Assembly: GCA_016748015.1 (NCBI GenBank)
Contig: JAAOMT010000571.1
Coordinates: forward strand, 561,095 to 625,094
Direction: 5' to 3'
From: Geosiphon pyriformis uo1
Taxonomy: Eukaryota; Fungi; Glomeromycota
DNA length: 64,000 nt
A program made the translations under genes and the position numbers. Positions 50,861-64,000 of this stretch are shown one piece after another. The notes under the pieces were generated by a model. That model was not told the origin of the DNA. It made no database searches and saw only the letters and a list, made by a program, of their open reading frames with translations. Each line of letters starts with the position of its first letter. The first letter of the stretch is position 1.

Positions 50861-53800
50861 TTTTTTTTTTTAATCATGTTTATTAAGTGAAATCCAAACA
50901 CTACCTAAAACTATACATCAAATAATTGATCTAAATTAGGCATAAATTATGTACTTTCTATACGTAACTAGCCACTTAGGCCAATCAGAACAACACTATG
51001 CACCTATATGAATGGAAACCGCATTTAAAGCACCTGAAATAAACAAATTAAATTTACACAAACCAAACCTAATACCCAATGCATCGTCAATACCCAACAA
51101 CTTGACAATTTCTGCCGAATACAGGGAAGACAGACCAGAAATAACAACTGGCATAGAACCGTCTCGAGGAATTAACCCATGTTTCTCCATAAATACACGA
51201 TGTTTGACATGGACCAACCAAATTTTATCTCTAAAAGCTAGGCAAAAATCACGGACAAAGTCCACAATTTTCGCACCAGCAAGCTTCAGATCACCAAAAA
51301 CAAAAACTGCCCCAGAAAACCAATCATTAAAAACAAAGCCTTTGTATAGAGCAACATGGACTGAAGTGTCAAAAATGCAAGAAGAAAGAGTTCATAGCAC
51401 ATAAGAAGAAGGACAGTAAGGACCAAAAATACCTTCTCATTTAACTGCAAAATCACCAAGCAGCTGATTATGACTAACAAAGTCAGAATCACAGAAAAAG
51501 ACATGGTCCAAGACCTCTACACATCCACAATACAAGCAAACCACACTAGGGTAACTCCTATCATAAAGGTGTTTGCGAATGGCCACAGACAGTCTGTAAT
51601 GCAGAGCTTTCATAAAATACATGTGCAAACCAGCAGTCCGTATACTGGTGAAGCTAGCAGCCATGTGTGAATCAGGATGCCAAACAGAAGAAGACCTGCG
51701 CCAATTGATATCAGAGAGCAATTTGTCAGTGACAACTCTAGTATCTGAACTGAAACTCCAATGTAAACGGTAAATGAACCAATAAATATCATGCACAAAA
51801 TGCCTAGAATTACCTGAAACAGGACTACCACCAGCCAGAATAAACTGCTTATTTAGCCGAGGGGGAAGAACAAAATCAGAAAGAGCTGCACAGCCAGCCT
51901 GTTCATCAGCCCGGTCATTACCCATAACACCAGAATGTTCTTTAACCTTACACCAGCTGACATCCAACCTCTTAGCACGAACAAGATTAGCAATATAATA
52001 ATGCTTCACCCAACAACTATTCCGAAAATCCAGATGCACCAAACCCAATTCCAACCTACAGGCATCCAACACAGTCTGACTATCCGAAAATAAGCAAACT
52101 TTGCTAACTGCAGGAACACACTCGAAAACAAGTACAATAGCTTGCAATTCTGCCAAAATAGATGACAACAAACCTGAGACCCTAACACCCAAACTCATTT
52201 TAATATTATCAAAGAAAACCACCACACCTGATTTAACACTAAGAGTACCCAAACCAGCCAAGGATCCATCAGTATAAACCAAAAGGCTATCAGCACCCAA
52301 TCCCAACAAATGATTATGAACCAAATCAAAATCAGTGGATTCCAAAACATTAGAAGCAAAAGAAATGCCCACTGAACAGTTACAAACAGAAGAAGATGAC
52401 TTCGCACTACCAAGATAATCAACAGAAACACTAAACCAATCAAGAATAGGGCCATGTGGGTCCAGCCTTTTCCAATGCTTGAAAGTCTTCCAATTAAAAG
52501 CACCACTATTGCGATGACACAATTGTTCCACAAAGGCAATTCCATACCGCCGAAGTGAGGAGAAACACTTAGAAAATTTCATCTCTCCAAGAACCAAAGA
52601 CATGGGGGTACCATGGGAGAATCAGAATGCACTGGGGCTGAGACCACTAAAAGATAAACTGCAATCGGCAAAAACACGAACCACACCTGCCAAAAAATTG
52701 TTCGAGGAATTCAATTTTAAATGAGCTGGGGAGACCAAAGAGTGCACAAAATGCCAGCTTAGAATCTATAAGTCATAAGACTTATGAAGAAACAAATGAC
52801 CCAGGATTCCAACAGCATTGGCAAAACACACTACAGATGCTGATTTACTCTCAGCCTGAATCTGCTCAAAAGTTTTTAAGCTGTAAAAGGAGGGGTGATG
52901 AAAAGCATCATTAGGGAAGTCCGAAGGAAGACCCACTTTGGATTTGAAGCCTTTACAAATCAAAGCATCCCATTTACAGCAAACACTAAGTGGAACAAAA
53001 CTAAACTGCATTCTATAACTGATGATGGGATGAAAAACTGCTGAAACCAAATATAAGAATTGTTTATCAGAGATGGCCTTCTTCAGGACGAGATTGGTGA
53101 AAAACCGGACATCCAAATGTGCCTTGGCCAAACTGGACTTCAACAAACCATCCATAGACAGAAAGATGCCCAAATACTAGTGAAGTTCCCCTTTCTTGGC
53201 AATAGAAATAGGTGCACCACTGATTGTCAGAAAGGGGTTCACAACCCTACAGTTAATGGGAATTGCCACTGTTTTATCATTGTTTATTGAAATATCATTA
53301 ATTCTAAAAAATTCACTAGCAACATTGAGAATGTGTTGTATTGCAGTCTGACTGCCACTGACCCAAATTGTATTATCCACAAAAGCACCAGCAGCAAAAA
53401 AAGAGGAAAAACCAGCCCAAGGTTCAACACGGCCAGTCCTAGCAATGAAATGAGAATTCAACCTATATCCACAAAATTCTTCTTGCCTCTTGACTTCACA
53501 CAAAAGAGAATCATAAAATATATGCCAGAGGAGAGATGAAAACACTTCCCCTTGATCAAAATCATTCTGGACTTGATAATCATCAGTTAGACCAAAGTCA
53601 GTCATTACTCTGTTGACTTGATTATTGTGAATGTTACCAAAAAATTGAATGAACCTGCCACACATTTTAATCCTAATCAAACTCTTTTCTAAATGCTCTC
53701 AGCCAACAGAATTATAGGTCTTCTTCATGTTCTGCAACACCAGCCAAAGCTCGCGGTTCTTCTCCAGAGCATCTTCAACCACAGAGCCAACAGCAAAGAT

Positions 53801-56800
53801 AGGAGACTATGTCATCATATTCTTCAAAACCAAAAAATTGTCCCTGTGGAGAACATTGTAAGTACTGCACGCTAAAGAAATCCTGTCCAATAGGATTTTT
53901 GAAAGGATCTTACAAGCAGTTTCAATCAAAGCAATGGGTCAGGTGTTTGTAAGAACTCTCTTCCACTCATAAGGCTTGGGAATCATAGACACCCAGGCTT
54001 TCTTCCAAGGACCAAGAACTGACTCACAGAGCAAACAAGAGTTCAAGAACACCAACAACATATTCAGAACTGATTCATCACGATGCTTCCAAAGCTCGTT
54101 TGAAATACCAAACAAACCAGCAGCCTTATCATTAGGCAAGTCCAAAACAACACCAAGCAACTCAACAGAACTAATAGAGTCCATTATTCTTAAAAATGCA
54201 TCATCAAATATGTACTCCAAGGATTGGTACTGGTGACACCAATTAGCAGAAATATTAGTGACCAACTCATGTTTTCTGGTCCAGCCTTCCATGATAACAT
54301 TCATCTTAGATTTAACTAAACTAGGATTCATAACCAGTTCATTATTGACAACCAAGTGATTCAATACCAATCCTCCTACTAACCACCAATTTAATACAAG
54401 ATTCTTCAGCATGCTTCGACTTGGACAATTTAGAGGAATGATACAACTTCTTGATTCTGAACAAAACAGATCTTATGACCCCAAAATGCAACCCCGAAAG
54501 AAAAAGAGACTCTACCACAGAAGCATTTGTAGCATCCAATGAGTTCCACATACCTAATAATGCAACAAATTCCTCAGAGGAAATCAAATGTGATGCTTTA
54601 ACTAGTTTAAACACCAAAAGTTCTAACTTGTGAAACTTAGAAAATTCCTTAGTAAACACATTATCATAACTCTTGAACCATTTTTTTTTGAAAACATCAT
54701 TTGCTGATAAGCACACAATTTTGTGAACAACATCTCACATAGCATCCAGATCCAGAAACAATAGAGCAGCATCAAACTTGCACTTAAACATTGCCACGGT
54801 GGCAGCAGAAGATTCCTTGAATGCAGCCCATTTGGCAGTCATAGCATCCTTAAAATTGAACTTCTAATGATTCTTATTCACCTGTTTATGAAAGGACATC
54901 AAATTAACATCCAAAAGACTGCTCAGGTCCATGGAAACAGTAACAGCCCTATGATCAGTATCAAAATATTCATTAACTCCAGTTACACTATGATCTAAGA
55001 TTGCGTTGACCAAGCTTGATGACACAAACACATAATCAATAGTCTTGGTCACCCCTCGAGATTTGGTCCAAGTCGCATTCTTCCCAAACAGGCTCCCTCC
55101 CAAGACATTGACCAAACCCAAATCAAAACATTTTTTGAAACTAGCACACCTGTAAGAGCCATCTTCATTGAAATTGCCATCTAATATCACGAAAGAGGAC
55201 TCATTAACAGCTTTAGCAATCAAGAAATTTATCTTGTCTGCTTGTGAGAAGTGTGCAGATACTGAAGCACCAGCATACAAACCCAGAATCAACATTAACA
55301 GCTTATTTTTGAAAAGCAGCTTGACAGACAAAAGACGACCAGGAACCTCAAAAACTTTACATACATGTTTCACCAGAACATTGTTTATAATGATCACCAC
55401 ACCAGAACCAAAGTAACCAGAATCCAAACCAGAAATGAAGACCCAAACACCATTGAATTTATTAGCAATCCAAGGCCGAACCTTATTTTTTAACTTTGTC
55501 TCAATAACAATTGAAACCAAATTGTTCATATCTCTGTGCCAACATATAATGTCCTCTTGCTTGGCTGAATTGTTCATTCTTCTGACATTACACGTGGCTA
55601 TATTCTATACTAAATTATTCATTAAGATACAGAAGAGACTGCAGAATCCAAGCCAGCACACATCTGATCTAACTTCTCCAATACTGAACAAACTGAAGCT
55701 TCAAGAGCCATCAACTTTAACTCCAAGCAGCCCATCTTTGAAGTCAAAATTTTAGAACTACTCGAACCCAAACTTGAGGCACCAGAGGAAACCGAAGAAG
55801 GAGGAGGAACCACAGACTTAGGTTCGTCCAAAACCATATCTAAATCAAATTCCACATTAACCAAACCAGGGACAACCAAGGGCTGAGAGGAAAAGGCAAG
55901 AGCCAAGGGCACTAAGTTTAAACTGTCAAGTTTGTCAATAATACCAGACACCTTATCTGTGAAAAGTTCCAAAAAGTGCTCCAAAGAAGTGAGATGAGTT
56001 TCCAAAATGAACTAACAGGACTCGCAGGAGACAAGTAACCAACCACACCTGAGGCACCAGAAAAAGAGCTAAAACCAGGGCCAGAACCAAAGTGAGGACC
56101 ATTAGAAGAAGATACCAGAGAGACAACCTGGGCCCATAATTTGCTGCCAAATGCAGCCAGTCTGGAGATAGGCACACCTTTTTTCACATACAGCTTGGCC
56201 AACTGGAGGCAATTCTCATTAGAGACAACTCTTTTAAATGACTTAGAAAGAGTAAGAGATGTTGAGGTTCCAGCATTACACTCTAGAACAGAATGATCAA
56301 GTTCTCCACATTGTTCATACTGGACCATGTCCAATCTAGCCCAAGACAATCTCACTCCACCAAAAATAGGCTTTGTATGAAATGCAGACTCCAATTCCTT
56401 GTTATTCTCAAAACAAACCACAGCACAACAAACCCTATTACCAGTGTCTAAGGATCAATTTATGACACAAGTTTTCTCACCAGCCCCTGCCAAAAGATTG
56501 CCAAGATCATGAGTCATTGTTTTTACTGGCAAAGTAAACAAAAGCACTTTGTACTAATTTCTAGATGCCTATGTTTCACAATTCTTCACAGCCTTGGCCA
56601 TGCACACTGAATCTTTCCCGATTAAAAATGACCACTTAGCTGCCAACTGATCTGCCTGACTCGATTCAGCAAACTCCACCACAGCCTTCTGCCATAGCCC
56701 AATGAGTTGCAGTCGGATTGACACCACTTGACCAAACTCGGATACTGTGGCAATGATCATTTCTTTTGATGTATCTATGAGAATTTTCTTGATGACTATG

Positions 56801-57595
56801 GCCCAATCTGAGTGAACTCCTTGTCTCTTAAGATCACTGTTTACTATAATGTTGTTTTCTCTGGCCAATGACATGGCCTTTTCCATGCTTTCAGATAAAG
56901 TAAATGTTGATCGAATGATTTCTTTAAATTTTGAAGGGGTGGTGGCCCCCCCAAAACCATTGATTGTTGAAAATAACTTTCTGATAACCTAAGTCTTGGC
57001 CATAGCTGACTTCTCTTTCACAGCAGATAGATTGATGTCCAAAGTGAATGACTTCTTCACAGTGACTTCCACCTGAGACTTAACAATTTTGGGGTCCACC
57101 CACATCTTTTCTAAAGAAAAAGACAAACAGGAAGGAAGAGAAACTTCCTTCTCATCATCTATGTTATAACTAATAGTGCTGATAAAGGAACCAATAACCG
57201 CACCAGTATTAAAACACTTTGCATTGGGCGTATTCATCTGGGAGTCAGACGCGTCATTACCATTAGAGGCTTTTCCATCCATGTCCATGCTAGCAAACTG
57301 TCCATCCATACAAACAAACCCACTATCTTTGAGATTCTTATCTGCACTTGAGAGTTTGACACCACTAAGAGACTTTTTGACATTTTGAATTGAACCTCTA
57401 CCAACTGAACTAGTAGTTGAGACTCTGGCTGACCTTCTCTTAACACTAGGACCACTCATAGTGGCAGCCGGTCCAACAACAAAAGGATTTGTTTCTTGTG
57501 AAATAGTGAAAAACAGTATGCAAAAACAGAAAAAACTTCTTACAAAATTTGATTCTTTTTCAAGAATTTGGGATGAAGAAGAGAAAGAAGTTTTT
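50861..57595 (-). mobile_element. Full-length LINE copy 2, uninterrupted but degenerate
   Basis: Collinear with copy 1. Poly-A tail at 50861-50871. TSD AACAATTT at 50856-50863 and 57596-57603. About 65 bp deleted near 54369 relative to 12642-12706. Confidence 0.95.
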
Positions 57596-57640
57596 AACAA
57601 TTTAAAATTCAAAAAAAAATCACAATTATCAAGAAAACAC

Positions 57641-58448
57641 TATTATCAACAAAAACTTAAGTTATTAATTAACATAAAATTATTCTTATAATTTCTATAA
57701 TTAATTAGTATATATATTATTATTTTAAATTATTAATTATTATCTTATTAAATTACCTGAATTATCATATAATTAATAATTTAATTTGTATAAAACACAA
57801 ATATAATTAAATTATAATAATTAGATTATGTAATATTTCGAATTATATTACATTTAAAATTCATTAAAATATTTAAAAATTTGATAAATATTTAATAGTT
57901 TACTAAAATAATTAATATTTTACAGAAATAATTTGTAGTTTAATAAAATATATCTTTAATTTATCAAAATATCAAGAAAAAAAAGTACTAAATTATAAAA
58001 TAAAACTATAATAAGTTATATAAAAAAAATTTTTCTTTTCAAAAAATGTATTTTATTTAGAATTAATTAATTAATTAATACAAATTGCTTTAAATAAAAA
58101 TTACTTTAAAAAACTTAAAAATTCTTAAATATTATTGTTTTAAAATTACTTATTCCAAATTAATATTTTGAATTGATTAATTACCAATTTTAGTAATTGT
58201 TAATACTTTTAAACCTGAATTTAAAACAATTTTTTTGAACTTATTTTTTATTTTTTTTCTTTAATTTGGTTTATTTTTTTTTATTTTTTTTATTTTATTA
58301 AATAATTTACAAATAAGATTTTTTGTAAAAAAGTTGATTTTTATAGCAAGTAATTATATATTATTGAAAAATTTACAAATAAAATTTTTTTGTAAAAAAA
58401 TTAACTTTACTGCAAATTAATTATACAAAATAATTAATATAAAATTAT
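57641..58448 (+). repeat. Near-complete family-A LTR, heavily mutated C>T/G>A
   Basis: Collinear with 7651-~8490, e.g. AGCATGAAATTACCCTTATA becomes AACATAAAATTATTCTTATA; terminus TGTTACCA becomes TATTATCA. Confidence 0.8.
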
Positions 58449-58875
58449 GGTGCAAACCATTTATAATTATTAAACAATTTATATAATTTTAAATTGTATT
58501 TAGTCTTTTAATTTTAATAATATTAAAAAACTAAACCATAAATATAATAGATTAAGTTCTTTTCTTTCACATTTACAATTTACTTTTTTGAATTATATTA
58601 TATTTTATAAAGTTATTAAAGTTTAAAATTAGCCATTTTTATTATTAATCTTTAATTTTTGGATGTCAATTAATCAGATTTTAGCCAATTAGTAATTATT
58701 AAAGTCATGTTATTACATAATAAATTATCAAAGTATTATTATTTTCAGAAAAACTTTTAATTAATATTAATCTAATCTTTAAATAGTCACTTTTTTATAA
58801 AAATATAATATCTCTTAGCCTGCATGTTTTTTGCTGATAACATGGTACTATTAACTATGAATATTCTATTCATAC

Positions 58876-59622
58876 TGTTACAGATAATTATTTGAGGTCT
58901 CAAATCAAATAACAAATTCGTAACTTGGTGTTTGGTTGATATGTAGTGTTAATATCTGAAAATGTGTTTTCTGAAGGTTTTGTTGTAGAGTCTTTTGTAT
59001 AATAAACAGAAATTTAATTGATGGTTTTATCTATAGCTTCCTGAAACCACAGTTTTGTCAAATTTTTTTCTTAGCATAGTGGCCAATAATTCTCCTAGTA
59101 AGCTATTCTCAAATCTATGAGTGTTTTACTCTTGTTTCTCGGGTCTTTTACTAGTTCCTATGACATCTGTAACTCAGCACTTTAATTCTTAATTAATTAG
59201 TCAAATAAAAGAAATACAAAAGAAAATTTAAAAAAAAAATAAACAAAAGCAATTGCAAATTAGTATCCTGTTAATAGCCATGATCAAGAATTATTGTTCC
59301 AGTATGGTTAAGTATCAATTATTATCAACATGAAATGTTAATAGGGAGTGGATTTGATATAGAGAATAATTATTTATTGATATTTGTGGATTGAAAGGTT
59401 ATTTAAATCAAATCTAAACTGAAAGATCTGTCTTTTCTACTTCTAATGCTATCACTATATATACATAATTTGGGTTCTATGAAATCACTTCTATTCTCGA
59501 GCGATGTGCTATAATTTCTCAAGCAATGCTCACATTGCTGAGCAATGTGCTTATGTGCTAACTACTACTCTCTTATTGGTCTACTATTTTTCTATATCTG
59601 TTTTCTTTTTTTATGAATAACA
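58876..59622 (-). mobile_element. Solo LTR of a sister family of B (747 bp)
   Basis: TGTTACA...GAATAACA termini. Blocks shared with the B LTR (GAGTCTTTTGTATAAT, TAACTCAGCACT, TGATCAAGA.TTATTGTTC). TSD ATAC/ACAC. Confidence 0.88.
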
Positions 59623-60859
59623 ACACCACTACTATATTTAGTTGTTAATATTGAGACAGAAACTCAAATATCAATATTGTTTACACCAGGCATCAAAGGA
59701 ATCGTAAAAGTACTATAAGTAATTATTGAAAAATTTGGGAATATTATTTATGCTCTATTTGTAATCTTGCATCTTTTTCAATAAACATTGAAAACAACTG
59801 GCTTTAATACTGGGAGCAGCAGATTTAAGGCAAAAATTAGAATAACTATAACATAATTGGCTGTTAGTCCAAGAGTAGTACTGTGGACAAAATGTTTGAT
59901 ATTAAGAGATATTACAAAAGATCAATCACTTGCCTCAACTTCTATATCTTAAAGCAAGGGCATAGCTCAAAATTTATGAAAAAAATTAATGCAATTAAAT
60001 TTTTAATAAATAGACTCTGTAGTAAATTATAGATGGCTTATTTTTTTTTACAGCATCATATATGCAACATATGTTTTTCAATGACTGATGTTTTGAACAT
60101 TTTTTTTTTGTTAAATTTTAGGAATAGATTGTGTTTTGTCTAATGAGAGAAATAATTAAAAGCTTAAAAATATAAAGCATAAGAGTAGTATTTATGATTA
60201 AAAATTAACTTGATCAGATCTAAAAAAAAAAGAATTTACAAATTGTTTTTGCAATCTATGAGAGATAAAAAACAGTAAACAACTTTGAAAATTTTGACCA
60301 GTATTATTTTTATTATAATGTGAATACTTACTTTGAATTCACAAATAACTTTTCAATGATTATAATATTGTGTTTCAAAAAATTGCTTGGATCTAAGAAA
60401 TATATAAAATTTTTTATAATAAAGGTTTCTGGTTAAATTTAATATTTGAATGATAAATTATACTAAAGAGAAATATAATAACTAAAATATCTATTGTGTA
60501 TTCGACCAAATTATGATTTAGTTTTAGAATTGGTTTTTTAGGCTGTAAAAGAAATTTTGATTGTTAAATATTTCAACAATTTATTAGAATGTGATATATA
60601 ATAGCTTATTACAGTAATCAAGAAACTTACATTAGTTGGTATTAATTTAGGGGAATTAGTTTGAAATTGAAAGATCTTTGGCTTTATTTTAATTGGGAAA
60701 ACTGAAGTTGTTTTAAAGCCCATAATCTTGAATAGCTTTTTTTTGTTAGTGTTGTACATTTTCTAACAAGTTTGTTTTAATGCAAAAAATGTATGAAACA
60801 TATTAGTTCAAGTAAATAAAACCCAGATTTTTTTGTAAAGGCTTAATAAACTTCTCATT

Positions 60860-61300
60860 TATAAAAATTTGACATCTTTAAAAATATGTGAATCATTATT
60901 AAAATACATAATATTTTCGAAATCAATTACAAATTCTGATTAAATTCATAAATAGATGATATTCTTTTCAAATTTTTTATTGATATGATATAAAAAACAC
61001 ATGTCAAGTATTAAGTGATCAATAAGAAAAAAATGCATAGTACCAACTTTAATTATGTTTAAGAATCTTGGTTCTTCAATTACATCATAATATTCTGGAT
61101 ATTTTTTTTTGGATGGTAAATCCATAAATAATTTGGCATATTGTTGACTACTGAATATAAAAATAAAAGATTACAACTAGGCTGTAATACTAAAATTAAA
61201 ATCTATTTCAAATATTCTTATCTACTATTTTTTTGATTAATAATTATTTGCAATAAATTTTTTATTAGCTCTGAGAAATTGGCTTTAATTTGAAAATTGG
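60860..61300 (-). pseudogene. Bromodomain-containing gene remnant
   Basis: YAKLFMDLPSKKKYPEYYDVIEEPRFLNIIK (~61048-61140), then after an intron LI/FENIMYFNNDSHIFKDVKFL with a stop and a frameshift. Confidence 0.7.
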
Positions 61301-61685
61301 GTTTTTTTTGAGTTAATTGTTTAATTGTCAATGTTAAACTTTTTTGCCCAAATTCTTTGTTATAAATTGAAGAGATTTTTGTGGTAACTATTTTTATTGA
61401 TGTTATTTGAATTTTCAGTTCAAATAATTTTCCCAATCCCAATAAAAAATTTTTTTTGATGAATACCAAAAGAGCTTTTTTTAATTGTTTCTTATCCAAA
61501 ACTACAAAACAGAAATTAAAGTTTAAATTAGAACCAAAGAGATTTAAAAAATAGATATATACCTGAATTAAAAATGCCATTTCTATTGTAATACAATTTT
61601 GTTGTATAATATTACACAGTTTAAATCTTTTAATTCTGTTCAAGCACTAATTACACACTAGATTAATATCACATCACATAAAAAA

Positions 61686-64000
61686 ATGTCACTTTATTCT
61701 AAAAGAAAAAGAAAAGCTAAAGATTAAGTTAGAAATACAAAAGAATTATATAAAAAAACACATTATATCACTTCAATAAATAATTATAATATTGAAATAA
61801 ATGAATTTAACAAATTAGATGTTAGTAATAAAGAGTAGAACAATAATAATAACAATAGATGGAATGATACAGAAGATATGAAAGCTGCAATTAAAATAAA
61901 TACAAAATTAAAAAAACTTAGTTTAGTATGGAAAAATGACAATTATCTAAAAAAAAAGAAGTGAAACTCTTACATGACAAAAAAGATACCAAAGTCAACT
62001 TAATATAATAAATATAGACCAAATGATTTATTCACCAAAGCAGCAGCCAGAACTAAAAAAATTATCACTTTTTTTAATATTAGTAATACTCAAACTACAG
62101 ATTTACAATAATTTAAATCTAATGAATTTTCAAGCAATTCAGAAAATAAGATTAATCTATATGCTAATCAAATAAAAAAAAGGCAAAAATTAAAAAAACA
62201 TTTAGAAAAACAACATGCTGTTATGGAAGTGTTTTCTTGGTATATTTTAATTGTTGATCTCCTATTTTAATTGCAATCAGTCTTTCGTAAGTTTTTCTAT
62301 TTTATGTATTGGATATTAATGATAATATACTAAAGATTTTCTCTTGATGTTGTGATATAAGTCTTTTCTTTAATTCTAATTGTCTTTGTATGTTGTGTAC
62401 TCCTTCCCAGAGACTAATCTGAAATTTACCCACTGTCTGGGGTCTTCTCTGAGGCTATCCTTGCAATTGTCTGATGTGTTTTTCTAATCTAAAAACACAA
62501 AATGTTAATGGTCTTTTCATGATTTCTCTAAGTATATAATAAAGCTTTTTTAATTTAATTAGTAACCATGTGAATAATCTTGATCAGAGATTATTTTTTT
62601 AAAGGGTTCAGAGATGGAATAATAGTTTTATTTGCTAAAGAGGGTATATGAATTCTATTGTTAATCTCGTAATTGTGATGTTCATTCAATTTATTATTTT
62701 TTTTATTAATTCTTTTTAAATAAGATTTTATTTAGATATTTGTTGCTTCTAGTTGAAACTGTTTTATTCTTCATTATTAAAAACTATTGTATATATATAT
62801 AATTATTGTTTTACAAAATAACATCTTGTAATACTCTATTTCTGTTATTTCTAAATAGTGTTTGCTGCTATTGTGAAATAGTGCTTGCTGCTTTTGCATG
62901 ATAGTGTTTGCTGCTATTGTAAAATAGTGCTTGCTGCTATTGTATGATAGTGCTTGTTGTTATTTGTAAATCATTTCTTTTTATAAATTGTTGCTGTGCT
63001 ATTTCATGATTGGCTAATTTATATTATTTATAATTCCTATTAAATTCTTGAACTGTAACAATGCTCAGTTAACTGTCTTTGAATATAATCAAAAAAGAGC
63101 TATTTTTGAATATTTTATCTTGTTAAATAATAATAATAAACATGGAAAAATTAATGCCAGTTTGAAAATTGCTCAGAAAGTTTTTATTGATAGTAGTATA
63201 TAGAAAGCATGAAGAATTCAATATCTTGCAAAGTATTGGTTACTTAATAATAAGCTTTTAACATTAAAACATAGAAAACACCAAAAAACAATTAGAATAA
63301 TCAATGATAAAGACATTGTGAAAAGATGTCATATTTGGATTAAAAACCAAAACTTCAATGCCACTCCAGCCACATTTAAAAAATTCATTGAGCATGAATT
63401 GTTTTCTAATATTGAAATAATAAAAGAAAAAACTATTAGTCTTACAACTACAGTAAGATGGCTCAAAATTCTTGGTTATTCATTCCAACAACATTATCAA
63501 GACTTATATTATAATGGACATGAAAAAAATAATGTCTTGCAATCTTGAAAAAAATTTTTAGAAAAAATATTTAAGCATGAAAGTGAATTTATGGATCAAA
63601 TATATTCTAACTTATTTAATAGAAAGAAAGAAAGAGTTCTTGTAGTCCATAATAAATGTATTTTTTATTCAAATGATGGCAAGCATAGCATATGAGCTGA
63701 ACATAAAAATTTGTCACTAAGAAAAAAAAAAAATAGAAGATCAATTATGATCAGTGAATTTCTAACTAAAATTAATAAATGTTTACATTTACAACAAAAT
63801 AATATAGAAAACTATTCTAATATACTAGAAGAAACACAATATTATTTGCAACCTAGTATAAATCAAGATGGTTATTGAACAGCAAACCATTTTCTTAAAC
63901 AAATTAAATGTAAAGCAATTTCAAATTTTGAGAAATTATATTCAGACTATACAGCTGTATTTGCTTTCAATAATAGCTCTAATTATGCAGCATTTAATAA
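61686..64000 (+). pseudogene. DDE-type (IS630/Tc1-mariner-like clan) DNA transposase relic, split by a solo LTR and running off the right edge
   Basis: ISLTTTVRWLKILGYSF...YYNGHEK; VLVVHNKCIFYSNDG; RSIMISEFL; QDGY*; AVFAFNNSSNY (decayed HDE/GYW/FDNSS.H pattern). The frame rejoins when the LTR and one TSD are removed. Confidence 0.7.
62219..63060 (-). mobile_element. Solo LTR of family C (842 bp)
   Basis: Reverse complement of 36120-36937. Perfect TSD ATGC at 62215-62218 and 63061-63064. Confidence 0.95.

Noticed and set aside
1-64000. tRNA, rRNA or other ncRNA genes
   Set aside because: None recognised by eye; a covariance-model scan would be needed to exclude them.

Overview
AT-rich eukaryotic DNA, most like an early-diverging (Mucoromycota/Glomeromycotina-type) fungus; this taxonomy is inferred. 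An ~11-kb island of intact genes lies at 38.75-49.85 kb: SEC61, a roadblock dynein light chain, a 4-exon gene with a bacterial RNase P protein (RnpA)-like core, RRG7-like, EBP2 and MRF1. Both sides are nests of decayed transposons. These include two complete Ty3/Gypsy LTR elements (B 13233-23434, C 27313-36937), two partial family-A copies, an LTR mini-element with only 141 bp of internal sequence, two solo LTRs, hypermutated LTR relics, three RNase H-bearing LINEs, a DDE transposase relic and a bromodomain pseudogene. Four observations stand out. (1) The Gypsy lineage has an unusual layout: GTG-opened gag-PR-Cys-rich domain-dUTPase-RT-RH, then a separate integrase ORF, then a non-env ORF3. 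It makes 4-bp target duplications that always have a central pyrimidine-purine step. (2) Repeats show C>T/G>A hypermutation in all dinucleotide contexts, resembling RIP. (3) A nuclear, spliced, RnpA-like gene is present, probably mitochondrial. (4) Each LTR family has its own tandem array in the promoter region. All alignments and counts were done by eye.
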